The position numbers and the translations under genes are program-made. A stretch of DNA of 26,344 nucleotides from a virus. Taxonomy: Duplodnaviria > Caudoviricetes. The notes below the pieces were generated by a model that saw only the letters and a list, made by a program, of their open reading frames with translations, ran no database searches and was not told the origin of the DNA. The stretch covers positions 1 through 26,344 of IMG/VR virus record IMGVR_UViG_3300033416_000028; one strand, 5' to 3'. Positions 7,321 through 16,155 of this stretch are shown here, piece after piece; position 1 is the stretch's first letter; the number at the start of each line of letters is the position of its first letter.

Positions 7321-7856
7321 TGGCTGGAGGAAAGCCCACAGTCATTGTAAAGGATCTTGGCTGGAATAGGATCGTCAGGGTGGCAAAGCGCTATGCTGGC
7401 CTAGGTGGACTTGGCGTGTCCGTGGGCATCCAGGGCCAGGCAGCGCAGGAGGAGAAGGCCGTGCCCCCCGGGGAGGCACCTCCTGCAAGCCCAGTCACCA
7501 ACGTGCTGGTGGCCAGCGTGCATGAATTTGGGGCACCGTCCAAAGGCATCCCTGAGCGCTCGTTTCTCCGCTCCACCTTTGACGCCAACATGGCCCAGTA
7601 TGAACGGAGGCTCATGGAGATCTCAGCGCTGGGCCTGGAGGGGCAGCGCATTGAAGGACACCTTTTCCTCCTGGGGGAGCGCGCGCGGAGGGATGTGATC
7701 CGCAAGCTGCAATCGGACATCCCCCCAAAAACCCAGAGGCAGCTTGACCCAAACGATCCAAAGCGCATGGACCCAGCGCTGTTTGACACGGGCCAGCTTT
7801 GGAACTCGATCACTGCGGTGTTGCTTGACCTCAAGTCCTTTGGGGGTGGAGCGTGA
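7320..7856 (+). CDS. Neck/tail completion protein (HK97 gp10-like, virion morphogenesis)
   Basis: ASVHEFGAP...IPERSFLRST and LFDTGQLWNSIT motifs; TGATG overlap with the previous gene. Confidence 0.75.
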   Translation: MAGGKPTVIVKDLGWNRIVRVAKRYAGLGGLGVSVGIQGQAAQEEKAVPPGEAPPASPVTNVLVASVHEFGAPSKGIPERSFLRSTFDANMAQYERRLMEISALGLEGQRIEGHLFLLGERARRDVIRKLQSDIPPKTQRQLDPNDPKRMDPALFDTGQLWNSITAVLLDLKSFGGGA

Positions 7857-8221
7857 CATCCTGTTTCTGTGATGTTGTCCCGTGCCTTTGCGGGATGGGT
7901 GAAAAGCTGCGCATCCTGCGCAGGCTCCCTGGGGTGTACGATGAGAACGGAAGGTGGACGGAAGGTGAACCCACGGTGATCGATCTGATCGCTGTGGTGC
8001 AGCCCCTGAAAGCCCATGAGATGGTGCGAGTTCCAGAGGGCAGGAGGAGCACGGGCACGCTCAAACTGTACTCACCCACCAAGTTCCAGACGGCTGACGT
8101 GAAATTGCAGCGTCAGCCCGATCGGTTCTGTTGGCATGGGGATGAGTATGAGATCCTATCCGTGGAGGATTGGGCGCAAGGTGGATTTTATAAGGCAATC
8201 GCTGTGGAGGTTGGGCAATGA
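7853..8221 (+). CDS. Head closure/stopper protein
   Basis: GVYDENGRW, VVQP, PEGRR, D.F.W.GDEYEI.SVEDW pattern; synteny; GTGA overlap. Confidence 0.7.
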   Translation: MTSCFCDVVPCLCGMGEKLRILRRLPGVYDENGRWTEGEPTVIDLIAVVQPLKAHEMVRVPEGRRSTGTLKLYSPTKFQTADVKLQRQPDRFCWHGDEYEILSVEDWAQGGFYKAIAVEVGQ

Positions 8222-8814
8222 CGTTTGACCTGAGCGTGCCAGATAACCTCACTCCTCCGATTAACATGGAGGATTTTGAGGACACGGTGCACAGCTGGTT
8301 TGCTGATGCGATCGGCCTTGTGGCTGTGTGGCGTGACATGGCAGCTCCCCAGCCTCCCTATCCATACGGCTCATTGTTGATCACCACTGGACCGATACCA
8401 GCCTCACCGCGCTGGGAACAGCGTTATACGCTCGATCCGTCCAGGCCAGAGGGCCAGGAAATTGAGGCTGAGGTGTGCGTGCCTTGCGCGATCGTTGTCA
8501 ATTGTCAGGTGTACGTGGGGCAGCCGTGCGCGCGTGGAGCGCTGAAAAAGGCAACCCACTATTTGACGATCGCGCAGTCCAGCCTGGGGTTGCCAAGCGT
8601 GCTCCAGACGTTCCAGGACGCTGGGATCGCTGTGGTGCGTCCTGAGGCTGTGCTCAACATCGATGCCCTCATTGAGGATGCCTATGTATCGCGCGCCTCC
8701 ATGGATGTGCGCTTTGCTGCCAGTTTGAGCTTGCGGGAATATCTGGGCTACATTGAACGTGTCCACGCCAAGTCAGAGAGCCTGGGTGTGGATCAAACCT
8801 TTGGGAGGATTTGA
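8218..8814 (+). CDS. Neck/tail terminator protein
   Basis: Position immediately before the sheath; APQPPYPY and RASMDVRF patterns; ATGA overlap. Confidence 0.65.
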   Translation: MTFDLSVPDNLTPPINMEDFEDTVHSWFADAIGLVAVWRDMAAPQPPYPYGSLLITTGPIPASPRWEQRYTLDPSRPEGQEIEAEVCVPCAIVVNCQVYVGQPCARGALKKATHYLTIAQSSLGLPSVLQTFQDAGIAVVRPEAVLNIDALIEDAYVSRASMDVRFAASLSLREYLGYIERVHAKSESLGVDQTFGRI

Positions 8815-8817
8815 GCC

Positions 8818-10134
8818 ATGAGTCTATCCGATATCGTGCAGGTAACCATCACCGCTCAGACCACGGCACCCACCCGGGCAGGGTTTGGCGTGCCCCTTGT
8901 GATGGCCTTTCACTCCGTGTTCACCGAGCGCGCGCGCGTGTACTCCAGCGTGGATGCCATGATCACCGATGGCTTCACAGCCACGGATGAGGCCGTGCTG
9001 GCAGTCCAAGCGCTGTTCGCTCAGAACCCGAGGCCCACCCAGGTGGTGGTGGGCAGGGAAGTGAACAGGGAGAAAAAGAAGATCAACCTGACGCTTCCCT
9101 CGGTGCTGAGGGCATCCTTCCCGTACACCGTCTATGTCAACGGGCAGGAGGCCACCTATACCACCGATGCCAGCCCCACCGTGGCCGAAATCACCGCAGG
9201 CCTCAAGGTTGCCATCGATGCCCTCAGCGAGCCTGTCACCACCACGGACAACGCCACGGATCTGGACATCGAAGCCAACACGATCGCGGTGCCCTTCACC
9301 TTCCACGTCAAGGATCCTGCGGACATCTACCAGGAGAACGTGACCCCCGATGGGTCTCCTGACGGGATCGTGGCTGACATCGCAGCCGTGCGTGAGGAAA
9401 ATGACACGTGGTATGGGCTCATCCTCACCAACGCAAGCAAGCCCTGTGTTCTGGCTGCGGCTGCGTACATTGAGGCCACGTTCAAGATCATGGTGACCCA
9501 GAGCGCGGACACGGGGATGCTGCTCTCCACCGTGACGGATGACGTGGCCTCCGAGCTGCAAACCGCAGGGTATGCGCGCACAGCCATCATCTACCATCCC
9601 AAGGAGCAACAGCACGCTGGGGCAGCGTGGATGGGGAAGTGCCTGCCCAAGGATCCTGGGTCCATCACGTGGAAATTCAAAACGCTGGCAGGCGTGGACA
9701 GCGTGGATCTGACGGACACCGAGGTCACCAATCTGGAGGCCAAGGATGCGAATCACTACACCACGATCGCTGGGATCGCAATCACCCAGCAAGGCGTGAC
9801 CTCTGCGGGTGAGTTCATCGATGTGACCCAGAGCGTGGACTTCATGAGGGCCAGGCTCCAGGAGTACATCTATTCGCGCCTGGCCAACACGGACAAGGTG
9901 CCTTTCACGGATCCAGGGATCGCGATCGTGGAGGCAGAGGTCCGCGCTGTCATGGTGCTCTGTGTGAATCAGGGGATCCTGGCTGCGGATCCCGCTCCCA
10001 CCGTGTCCGTGCCCAGGGCAGCTGACGTGTCCATGATCGATAAGGCTGCGCGCCTCCTGCCTGATGTGAAGTTTGAGGCAACCCTGGCAGGCGCGATTCA
10101 CAAGGTGATCGTCAACGGCACCGTTTCGGTGTAA
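8818..10134 (+). CDS. Contractile tail sheath protein (DUF3383-like)
   Basis: 438 aa; LSDIVQVTIT...AGFG.PL, FAQNPRP, PGSITWKFKTLAGV, GEFID, KVPFTDPGI, LAGAIHKV.VNGTV. Confidence 0.9.
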   Translation: MSLSDIVQVTITAQTTAPTRAGFGVPLVMAFHSVFTERARVYSSVDAMITDGFTATDEAVLAVQALFAQNPRPTQVVVGREVNREKKKINLTLPSVLRASFPYTVYVNGQEATYTTDASPTVAEITAGLKVAIDALSEPVTTTDNATDLDIEANTIAVPFTFHVKDPADIYQENVTPDGSPDGIVADIAAVREENDTWYGLILTNASKPCVLAAAAYIEATFKIMVTQSADTGMLLSTVTDDVASELQTAGYARTAIIYHPKEQQHAGAAWMGKCLPKDPGSITWKFKTLAGVDSVDLTDTEVTNLEAKDANHYTTIAGIAITQQGVTSAGEFIDVTQSVDFMRARLQEYIYSRLANTDKVPFTDPGIAIVEAEVRAVMVLCVNQGILAADPAPTVSVPRAADVSMIDKAARLLPDVKFEATLAGAIHKVIVNGTVSV

Positions 10135-10152
10135 CCAAGGAGGAGGCGCAAG

Positions 10153-10581
10153 ATGGCACTTCACACGTATGACGCTGCACAGGTTGCGATCGTATTCGCG
10201 GGAATCCCCGTGGATGGGTTCGCAGATGGCACGTTCTTGAGCGTGGAGCAAAACGAGGACAGTTTTTCCCTCCAGGTGGGAACCGATGGGGAAGGGTGCC
10301 GATCGAAGTCCAACAACAGATCGGGACGAGTCACCTTCACCCTGGGGCAGTGGAGCAAGACAAACGATCTGCTCTCCGCGCTGCACCAGCTGGATATCAA
10401 CACCCCCAACGGAGATGGGATCGGGCCTCTGCTGATCAAGGACCTCAGCGGCACCTCGCTATACGCGGCTGAGAAGGCCTGGATCGTCAAGCCCCCTGCG
10501 GCTGCCTTTGCCCGTGAGGCAGAGAGCCGAGAGTGGATCATTGAGACCCACGATCTGCAACAATTCCATGGGAGCAATTGA
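10153..10581 (+). CDS. Tail tube protein (DUF3277-like)
   Basis: 142 aa following the sheath; TYD...V...G..VDGFADG, VGTDG, SGRVTFTL.Q.S..N..LS, REW.I; AGGAGGAGG RBS. Confidence 0.85.
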   Translation: MALHTYDAAQVAIVFAGIPVDGFADGTFLSVEQNEDSFSLQVGTDGEGCRSKSNNRSGRVTFTLGQWSKTNDLLSALHQLDINTPNGDGIGPLLIKDLSGTSLYAAEKAWIVKPPAAAFAREAESREWIIETHDLQQFHGSN

Positions 10582-10595
10582 GGGAGCGCTGAGGC

Positions 10596-11072
10596 ATGAC
10601 ACAGTTTGACGGTGAAACGCGAGAGCTGGAGGGGAACAAATACACGATCTACATGCTGGGGCCAATGGTATCCCACGATCTGTTGGTGGACGTTTCCAAG
10701 ATGGTGGGGCCTGCCCTGGGTCCAGTGATGGACGTGTTCCTGGGTGGTGCCGCAGCTGGCAAGGACGTGGCCAACACCGAGCTTGACGCTGGCTTTTTCA
10801 GCAAGGCAGCCGCTGCCTTTTTCGGAGGGATAGACAAGGCCACGATCCGAAACGTGATCACCACCATGGCAGAGGCAACCCACGTGGACGGCAAACCCCT
10901 CAAGGGAATTTTTGAGATCCATTTCAGGGGCAGGTTGCACGTCATGTACATGTGGCTGGCCTTTGCATTTGAGGTGCAATGGGGAAAGTCCTTAGGCGCC
11001 TTGGTGAACACCATCCAAACCAAAGGCGCAAGGCTAGGGATGGCTCAGGCGTCCCAGTCCCAGGGCACCTAA
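10596..11072 (+). CDS. Tail assembly chaperone (gpG-like)
   Basis: Lies between the tube and tape measure genes and contains the slippery heptamer G GGA AAG. Confidence 0.8.
   Translation: MTQFDGETRELEGNKYTIYMLGPMVSHDLLVDVSKMVGPALGPVMDVFLGGAAAGKDVANTELDAGFFSKAAAAFFGGIDKATIRNVITTMAEATHVDGKPLKGIFEIHFRGRLHVMYMWLAFAFEVQWGKSLGALVNTIQTKGARLGMAQASQSQGT
10982..10988 (+). promoter_or_regulatory. Programmed -1 ribosomal frameshift site GGGAAAG
   Basis: In-frame tgG GGA AAG, identical to the lambda G/GT slippery sequence. The -1 frame stays open to 11230. Confidence 0.8.
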
Positions 11073-11230
11073 ACTGGATGGTGTGGAGGCTGGTGATCGA
11101 GCGCGTGTCCACCCTCCAGGAGGTGCTTGGCTTCTATGATCTGAATGACGTTCTTGACGCGCATGAAGCCCTGGATCTGCGGGATGAAGCTGAGCGCAGG
11201 GCCATGGAGTCCTCCAGGAAAGGCAGGTAA
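10988..11230 (+). CDS. Frameshift extension of the tail chaperone (gpGT-like C-terminal part)
   Basis: The -1 frame encodes ...WMVWRLVIERVSTLQEVLGFYDLNDVLDAHEALD..., a typical gpT-like segment, and ends 6 nt before the tape measure start. Confidence 0.75.
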   Translation, partial: VLRRLGEHHPNQRRKARDGSGVPVPGHLNWMVWRLVIERVSTLQEVLGFYDLNDVLDAHEALDLRDEAERRAMESSRKGR

Positions 11231-11236
11231 GGCTGG

Positions 11237-13222
11237 ATGATTGTCAAACAGCTCACAGCCCTCCTTGGGTTCAAGGTAGATGAGGGGAGCGTGGCCAAGG
11301 CCAACGCCTCCATGGGCAACATGGTGGAGGTGGCAAAGCGTGCAGCTGTTGCCTTTGGTGTGTTCAAGACATTCCAGTTTTTCAGCAACCTTGGTGAACA
11401 GGTTGCAAAGCTGGGTGATCAATTCAGCGAAATGTCAGCGCGCACCAAGGTCAGCGTGCAGACCCTCCAGGCCTGGGCCTACGGTGCAGAGACCACAGGG
11501 GCCAGCCTGGGGGATCTGGAGGTTGCCCTCAAAACGCTGTCACGCACAGCCGTTGACGCGGGGAAGGGTTCCAAGGAAACAGCTGATGCCTATGCGCGCC
11601 TTGGCGTCAACGTCAAAAAAGCTGACGGCACGATCGCCACATCTGAGGAGCTGTTCATCGGTGTTGCTGAGGGACTCTCAGGCGTGGAGGATGAGTCCCT
11701 AAAAACCGCTCTGGCGCTCAAGGTCCTGGGAAAGAACGGGCAGATGTTGCTCCCCATGCTGGAGGGTGGCTCCCAGGGCCTTGACGATCTGATGGTGAAA
11801 GCAAAGGCCCTTGGCGTGGTGATGGATGAGGACCTCATCCAGATGACACGTGAGTATGATGATGCTGCTGATGAAAATAAGGCAGCGATCCAGGGCCTCA
11901 AGAACGCAATGGGAAAAGGCATCATCCCCCCGCTCATCCAGGCCAAGCGCAGGATGACGGAATGGATCAAGGTAAACAAGGAGTGGATCGCGCAGAGCTT
12001 TGGGAGGTGGCTGGGGCAGATGGGACAAGCGCTTGTCCGCACCAGACAGCTCCTCATGGATGTCACCAGCGCTGTTGCCAATTGGACAAAACAGCTTGAC
12101 CCTCTGCAAAAAAAGTTCCTGGCCCTTGGTGTTGCGGCTGCCATTGTGGCTGCCCTCCTGGCCCTCCCTGGTGGAATGTTTCTGCTGATCGCTGGGCTCA
12201 TCTGGCTCCTCATCGATGATTTCCAGACGTGGCGCGAGGGTGGCAAGTCAGCGATCGGAGATCTCATCAAGTGGTTTGAGGATCTGATCAACAAAATCCC
12301 TGGACTTGGATCAGCCATCAAGGCCGTGGGCACGATCGTTTATTCGGTGTTCAAGTACATCACGGACATCATCTATTCATTCTTTGGGTTCCTGATGGTG
12401 GCCTGGGATGAGGGCTGGATGGCTGCTTTCCGTTGGCTCATGGATACCTGGACCAAGGCCTGGAGCGATTTGGTGGCAGCGCTCTGGCCCATCCTGAGCG
12501 CGATCTGGACCAATGTCTCCACGCTGTTTGTGGAGCTGGGCACCTGGATCTGGGGTTGGGCCAAGAACGTATGGAAACCCATTGGGGACTTTTTCAGCGA
12601 AACCTGGGATGGGATTGTCAGCGGACTCAGCAAGGCGCTCAAGATCATGGGTTCCTTCCTGAGCGATTTTGTGACAAACGCTATCGCGTTCTATCTGTAC
12701 CCATTCAAAAAAATCTACTCATGGGTTTCAAAGCTGTTCGGCAAGGGCAAGGGAGCTGAGCTGGAGGCCGAGCTGGGCCAGCCTGCCCAGCCAGCTGGAG
12801 GCGCAGGAGCCACGGCTGGAGCTGGAGCTGGTGGCAAATGGCCTGGGCCTGAGGCTCAAACCCCTGGGCTCCAGGTGGTGCCCCTGGTGCAGCCCCAGGC
12901 CCCTGGGCTCAAGGTGGTGCCTCTGATGCCCCCCCAGGCCCCTGCGCCCAGGTTCCCCATGCGTGAGCTTGCTGGGCTCAACAGGGTGGCCACGGCTGGC
13001 CCTCAGGCCATGTATCCCCAGTCCGTGGCAGCTGCCCCAGCACGGGCACCTTTGACGCTGGCTCCTCAGACATCGATTGATGTCAAGGTCCAGGCCACCC
13101 CCGGAATGGATGAGGAGGCCCTGGCCCGTGCCGTGGCAAAACACGTGGAGGATGCCACGGAAAACCAGTATCGCTCAGCGCTCCAGGCGCTCACCCCCGC
13201 AGCCGCAGCCACAGGAGGTTGA
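11237..13222 (+). CDS. Tape measure protein
   Basis: 661 aa, helical and Ala-rich. It starts MIVKQL...LGFKVD and has a hydrophobic segment (LLIDDFQTWREGGKS), Trp/Phe-periodic repeats and a Pro/Ala-rich C-terminus. Confidence 0.85.
   Translation: MIVKQLTALLGFKVDEGSVAKANASMGNMVEVAKRAAVAFGVFKTFQFFSNLGEQVAKLGDQFSEMSARTKVSVQTLQAWAYGAETTGASLGDLEVALKTLSRTAVDAGKGSKETADAYARLGVNVKKADGTIATSEELFIGVAEGLSGVEDESLKTALALKVLGKNGQMLLPMLEGGSQGLDDLMVKAKALGVVMDEDLIQMTREYDDAADENKAAIQGLKNAMGKGIIPPLIQAKRRMTEWIKVNKEWIAQSFGRWLGQMGQALVRTRQLLMDVTSAVANWTKQLDPLQKKFLALGVAAAIVAALLALPGGMFLLIAGLIWLLIDDFQTWREGGKSAIGDLIKWFEDLINKIPGLGSAIKAVGTIVYSVFKYITDIIYSFFGFLMVAWDEGWMAAFRWLMDTWTKAWSDLVAALWPILSAIWTNVSTLFVELGTWIWGWAKNVWKPIGDFFSETWDGIVSGLSKALKIMGSFLSDFVTNAIAFYLYPFKKIYSWVSKLFGKGKGAELEAELGQPAQPAGGAGATAGAGAGGKWPGPEAQTPGLQVVPLVQPQAPGLKVVPLMPPQAPAPRFPMRELAGLNRVATAGPQAMYPQSVAAAPARAPLTLAPQTSIDVKVQATPGMDEEALARAVAKHVEDATENQYRSALQALTPAAAATGG
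12861..12943 (+). repeat. Imperfect 39-nt tandem duplication in the tape measure C-terminus
   Basis: Encodes PGLQVVPLVQPQA / PGLKVVPLMPPQA, with units starting at 12861 and 12900. Confidence 0.8.
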
Positions 13223-13228
13223 TCAGGC

Positions 13229-13816
13229 ATGGGACTCACTGAGCTGATTTTCGGACCCAAGACTCACTTGACCGTGGGGGTGGTGCAGTTTGACGCCTCG
13301 GTGAGTGAGACCCACACGCGGGAATGTGAAATCTGTGATCATCCCGTGGAGGAGGGGGCCACCATCAGCGATCACATCAGGCGCACTCCCGAGCGCCTGG
13401 AGGTCAACGGGATCGTCACCAATCACCCCCTGGTATTCCTGGCCAGCGTGCAGGCAGTTTCCCCGCTCACGGATGACATGAGCCCCGTGACGGATCGCGC
13501 TGAGGTTGCCTATTTCAAGCTGGCTGAGCTGATGGACACGGGCCAGCTGGTGACCGTGATAACCTCACTGCGCGAATACCAAAACATGGCCATCGTGTCC
13601 ATGAGCGTGACCCGTGACGTGCAGACGGGGAACGTCCTAAATTGCTCCCTGGGCTTGCGGGAAATCATCATCGCTCAGACGGAAACGGTAGCTGCACCAG
13701 TCCCAGAAAAGACGGTGCAGAAACGGAAAAAGGACAAGGGCAAGAAGGTTGCGCAGGAAACTCCCAAGGATGCGCAGTCAATTCTGTCCAGAGTCCTCGG
13801 ATTCTTTGGAGCGTGA
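13229..13816 (+). CDS. Baseplate/tail tube initiator (Dit-like) protein
   Basis: FDA.VSETH......DHPVEEGATISDH...P, and Y.NM.I.S.SV.RD motifs; follows the tape measure gene. Confidence 0.75.
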   Translation: MGLTELIFGPKTHLTVGVVQFDASVSETHTRECEICDHPVEEGATISDHIRRTPERLEVNGIVTNHPLVFLASVQAVSPLTDDMSPVTDRAEVAYFKLAELMDTGQLVTVITSLREYQNMAIVSMSVTRDVQTGNVLNCSLGLREIIIAQTETVAAPVPEKTVQKRKKDKGKKVAQETPKDAQSILSRVLGFFGA

Positions 13817-13819
13817 GCC

Positions 13820-14158
13820 ATGGCATTGATGAGCATCCCAACCCCCAACGCAAGCGTGGACGCAAATATCTTTTTTGTGGTGGAGCTGGATGGTGCGGAA
13901 TACCAGCTTTTCATGAAATACAATGAGCGTGAGGATGCCTGGTATCTGGACGTGGCGGACACCTACGGAAACCCGATCCGCTCTGGCATGAAAATGGTTT
14001 GCAATTTTCCATTCATGCGCACGTGCATGATCGAGACCAGACCTCCTGGGGAGTTCCTTGCGCTGGACACGTTGACGCCTCCCCGGGATCCAGGCCTCAC
14101 GGACATGGATCAGCGGATCGAGCTGGTATATGAGGAGGCAGAGAGCTTGCCCTCATGA
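13820..14158 (+). CDS. Small baseplate (plug-like) protein
   Basis: VELDG.EY....YNER...WYLD pattern and synteny. Confidence 0.65.
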   Translation: MALMSIPTPNASVDANIFFVVELDGAEYQLFMKYNEREDAWYLDVADTYGNPIRSGMKMVCNFPFMRTCMIETRPPGEFLALDTLTPPRDPGLTDMDQRIELVYEEAESLPS

Positions 14159-15009
14159 GTGAACTATTCAACAGGGATGTGGCGATCACCGTGGGCACCA
14201 TCAAGATTGCCTCACGGGTCAAGGCCTCTGGCTCTGATGAGCTGGTGAGCAAGCCCACCCTGCGCGTCACCTTCTCTGTTGAGAAGTCCTTGAACCGCGA
14301 TCCAAACAAGGCAGAGGTGGTGATCTACAATCTCAATGAGGAGCACCGAAAAAGCCTACAAAAGAAAAACGTGCCGTGCATCATTGAGGCTGGATATGTG
14401 GGATCCCTTGAAAAGATTTTCAGCGGAGATCTCGCCTATGCCAGCAATAACCGTGACGGGGTGAGCTGGGTGAGCAAGCTGCAAAGCAAGGATGGTGGGG
14501 ACAAGTACAGCTCAGCGCGCATGTCCAAATCATTCGGGCCTGGCACTCAATTCAAGCAAGTCCTCAAACAGGCAGCTGAGTCCCTGGGGGTCGGGCCAGG
14601 CAACACCAGGGATGCGATTTCTGGTGTGCTCCGTGGGGGCCTCACTCAATTCACCAAGGGTGTCACCCTGACGGGCAAGGTGTCCGACGTGCTGGACAAG
14701 CTGGTGCCCACGGCTGGCCTTGAGTGGAGCATCCAAGACGGGCAGCTCCAGATCCTTCCCTTGAAAGGCGTGACCCAGCAAACGGTGATCGTGCTCAGTC
14801 CTGACAGTGGGATGGTGGGTTCTCCCGAGCTGGGGGAGAAGGGGATTGTCAAGATCAAGTCCTTGCTGATGGGTGGGCTGACGCCTGGGCGCAAGCTCAA
14901 GATAGAGGCCTCCCTGGTAACGGGATTCTTTCGGATCGAGAAAGTCAAGCATTTTGGTGACACGTGGGGATCTGATTGGTACAGTGAGGTGGAGGCAAAG
15001 CCGATATGA
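14155..15009 (+). CDS. Baseplate hub protein
   Basis: F.VEKS....PN.A...IYNL, EAGY...IFSG, WSIQDGQL, SGMVGSP, GDTWG.DWY motifs. Confidence 0.8.
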   Translation: MSELFNRDVAITVGTIKIASRVKASGSDELVSKPTLRVTFSVEKSLNRDPNKAEVVIYNLNEEHRKSLQKKNVPCIIEAGYVGSLEKIFSGDLAYASNNRDGVSWVSKLQSKDGGDKYSSARMSKSFGPGTQFKQVLKQAAESLGVGPGNTRDAISGVLRGGLTQFTKGVTLTGKVSDVLDKLVPTAGLEWSIQDGQLQILPLKGVTQQTVIVLSPDSGMVGSPELGEKGIVKIKSLLMGGLTPGRKLKIEASLVTGFFRIEKVKHFGDTWGSDWYSEVEAKPI

Positions 15010-15791
15010 GAATGGGCAACACGCGCAGCCCCTCCCTTGAGGAGGTCCTCAGGATGGCCACCCATCAAGCCCTGTTTGATGTGCACACCGCACTCCCAGG
15101 CAAGGTGGAAAAGTATGATGAGCGGACCCAGAAGGCTGATGTCAAGCCTCTATTGAAGCGCACGGTGATCAATGATGACGGCACCGAGCTGTCCGAAACC
15201 CTCCCCGTCATCTCTGACGTTCCAGTCCTGTTCCCACGGGCTGGTGGCTTTTTCATTTCCTTCCCCGTCCAGCCTGGGGACTTTGTGCTCCTGGTTTTCT
15301 GTGAGCGCTCCATTGACAAGTTCACCGCTGGCACTGGTGGTGAGGTGGATCCCGTGGATCTGAGGATGCACGATCTGAGCGATGCTGTGGCTCTGCCAGC
15401 GTTCTACCCATTCAGCCGTCCCATCAAGGATGCCAACCCTGATGACTTGGTGCTGGGGCAGGATGGTGGAGGCGCGCAGCTGGCCATCAAGGATGGGGGC
15501 AAGGTGGAGATCACCTTTGACAAGGGCAACACCCTGGCCCTGGAGGGAATGGGTGCAGGCGCAAAGCTGACGCTGGGAGATGGTGCAAAGCACGTGGCGA
15601 TCGTGGAGGCCCTCCAGGCGCTCTGGGGAAACCTCAAGGTGGCCCTTGACCTCTGGGGGAGCCCAGCCACGGGACACGTGCACACCAGCGCAGCCCCTGG
15701 GCTCCCTACCAGCCAACCCCTCGCAGCGCTCACCACGCCTGCCTGGGATCCCAGCATCGCATCCAGCAAAGTGAGCATCCCAAATGGATGA
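15006..15791 (+). CDS. Baseplate central spike (Gp138/gpV-like)
   Basis: HTALPGKV..YD, DVPV.FPRAGGF.ISFPV.PGD..L.VF.ERSID, RMHDLSDA; HxH tip motif (HVH at 15675-15683). Confidence 0.85.
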   Translation: MRMGNTRSPSLEEVLRMATHQALFDVHTALPGKVEKYDERTQKADVKPLLKRTVINDDGTELSETLPVISDVPVLFPRAGGFFISFPVQPGDFVLLVFCERSIDKFTAGTGGEVDPVDLRMHDLSDAVALPAFYPFSRPIKDANPDDLVLGQDGGGAQLAIKDGGKVEITFDKGNTLALEGMGAGAKLTLGDGAKHVAIVEALQALWGNLKVALDLWGSPATGHVHTSAAPGLPTSQPLAALTTPAWDPSIASSKVSIPNG

Positions 15792-15798
15792 GGTTTGA

Positions 15799-16155
15799 AT
15801 GGACATCAAGCTGACAACCTCTGGAGATGTGGCGATCGAGAATGACGATCTGGTGCTGGTGGATGGTGCTGATGCCATCGCTCAGGAAATCACGATCAGG
15901 CTCCAGTTTTTCCTCGGTGAGTGGTTCCTGGACAAGCGCCAAGGCGTTCCCTATTTTGAAAAAATCCTGGGCCAGAAACCCAGGCTGCCTGTCATCAAGT
16001 CGATTTTCAGGGATGCCATCCTGAGCACACCAGGGGTGCAGAGCGTGAGCGATCTGTCCGTGACTTATGACGGGGTTGGACGCGTGCTCAGCGTCACGTT
16101 CAATGCTGTCAGCACGGAAGGCCCGATCACCTATAACAGGGAGCTGATCCTATGA
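15799..16155 (+). CDS. Baseplate wedge/sheath initiator (gp25-like)
   Basis: AIAQEITIRL.FFLGEWFLD...GVPY...ILG, IL.TPGV motifs. Confidence 0.8.
   Translation: MDIKLTTSGDVAIENDDLVLVDGADAIAQEITIRLQFFLGEWFLDKRQGVPYFEKILGQKPRLPVIKSIFRDAILSTPGVQSVSDLSVTYDGVGRVLSVTFNAVSTEGPITYNRELIL

Noticed and set aside
8824-10386. 520-aa minus-strand ORF (also 4147-5007, 5435-6535, 1839-2654 and other antisense ORFs)
   Set aside because: These lie antisense to well-supported + strand genes and show no recognisable motifs. Long shadow ORFs are expected from GC-rich codon bias.
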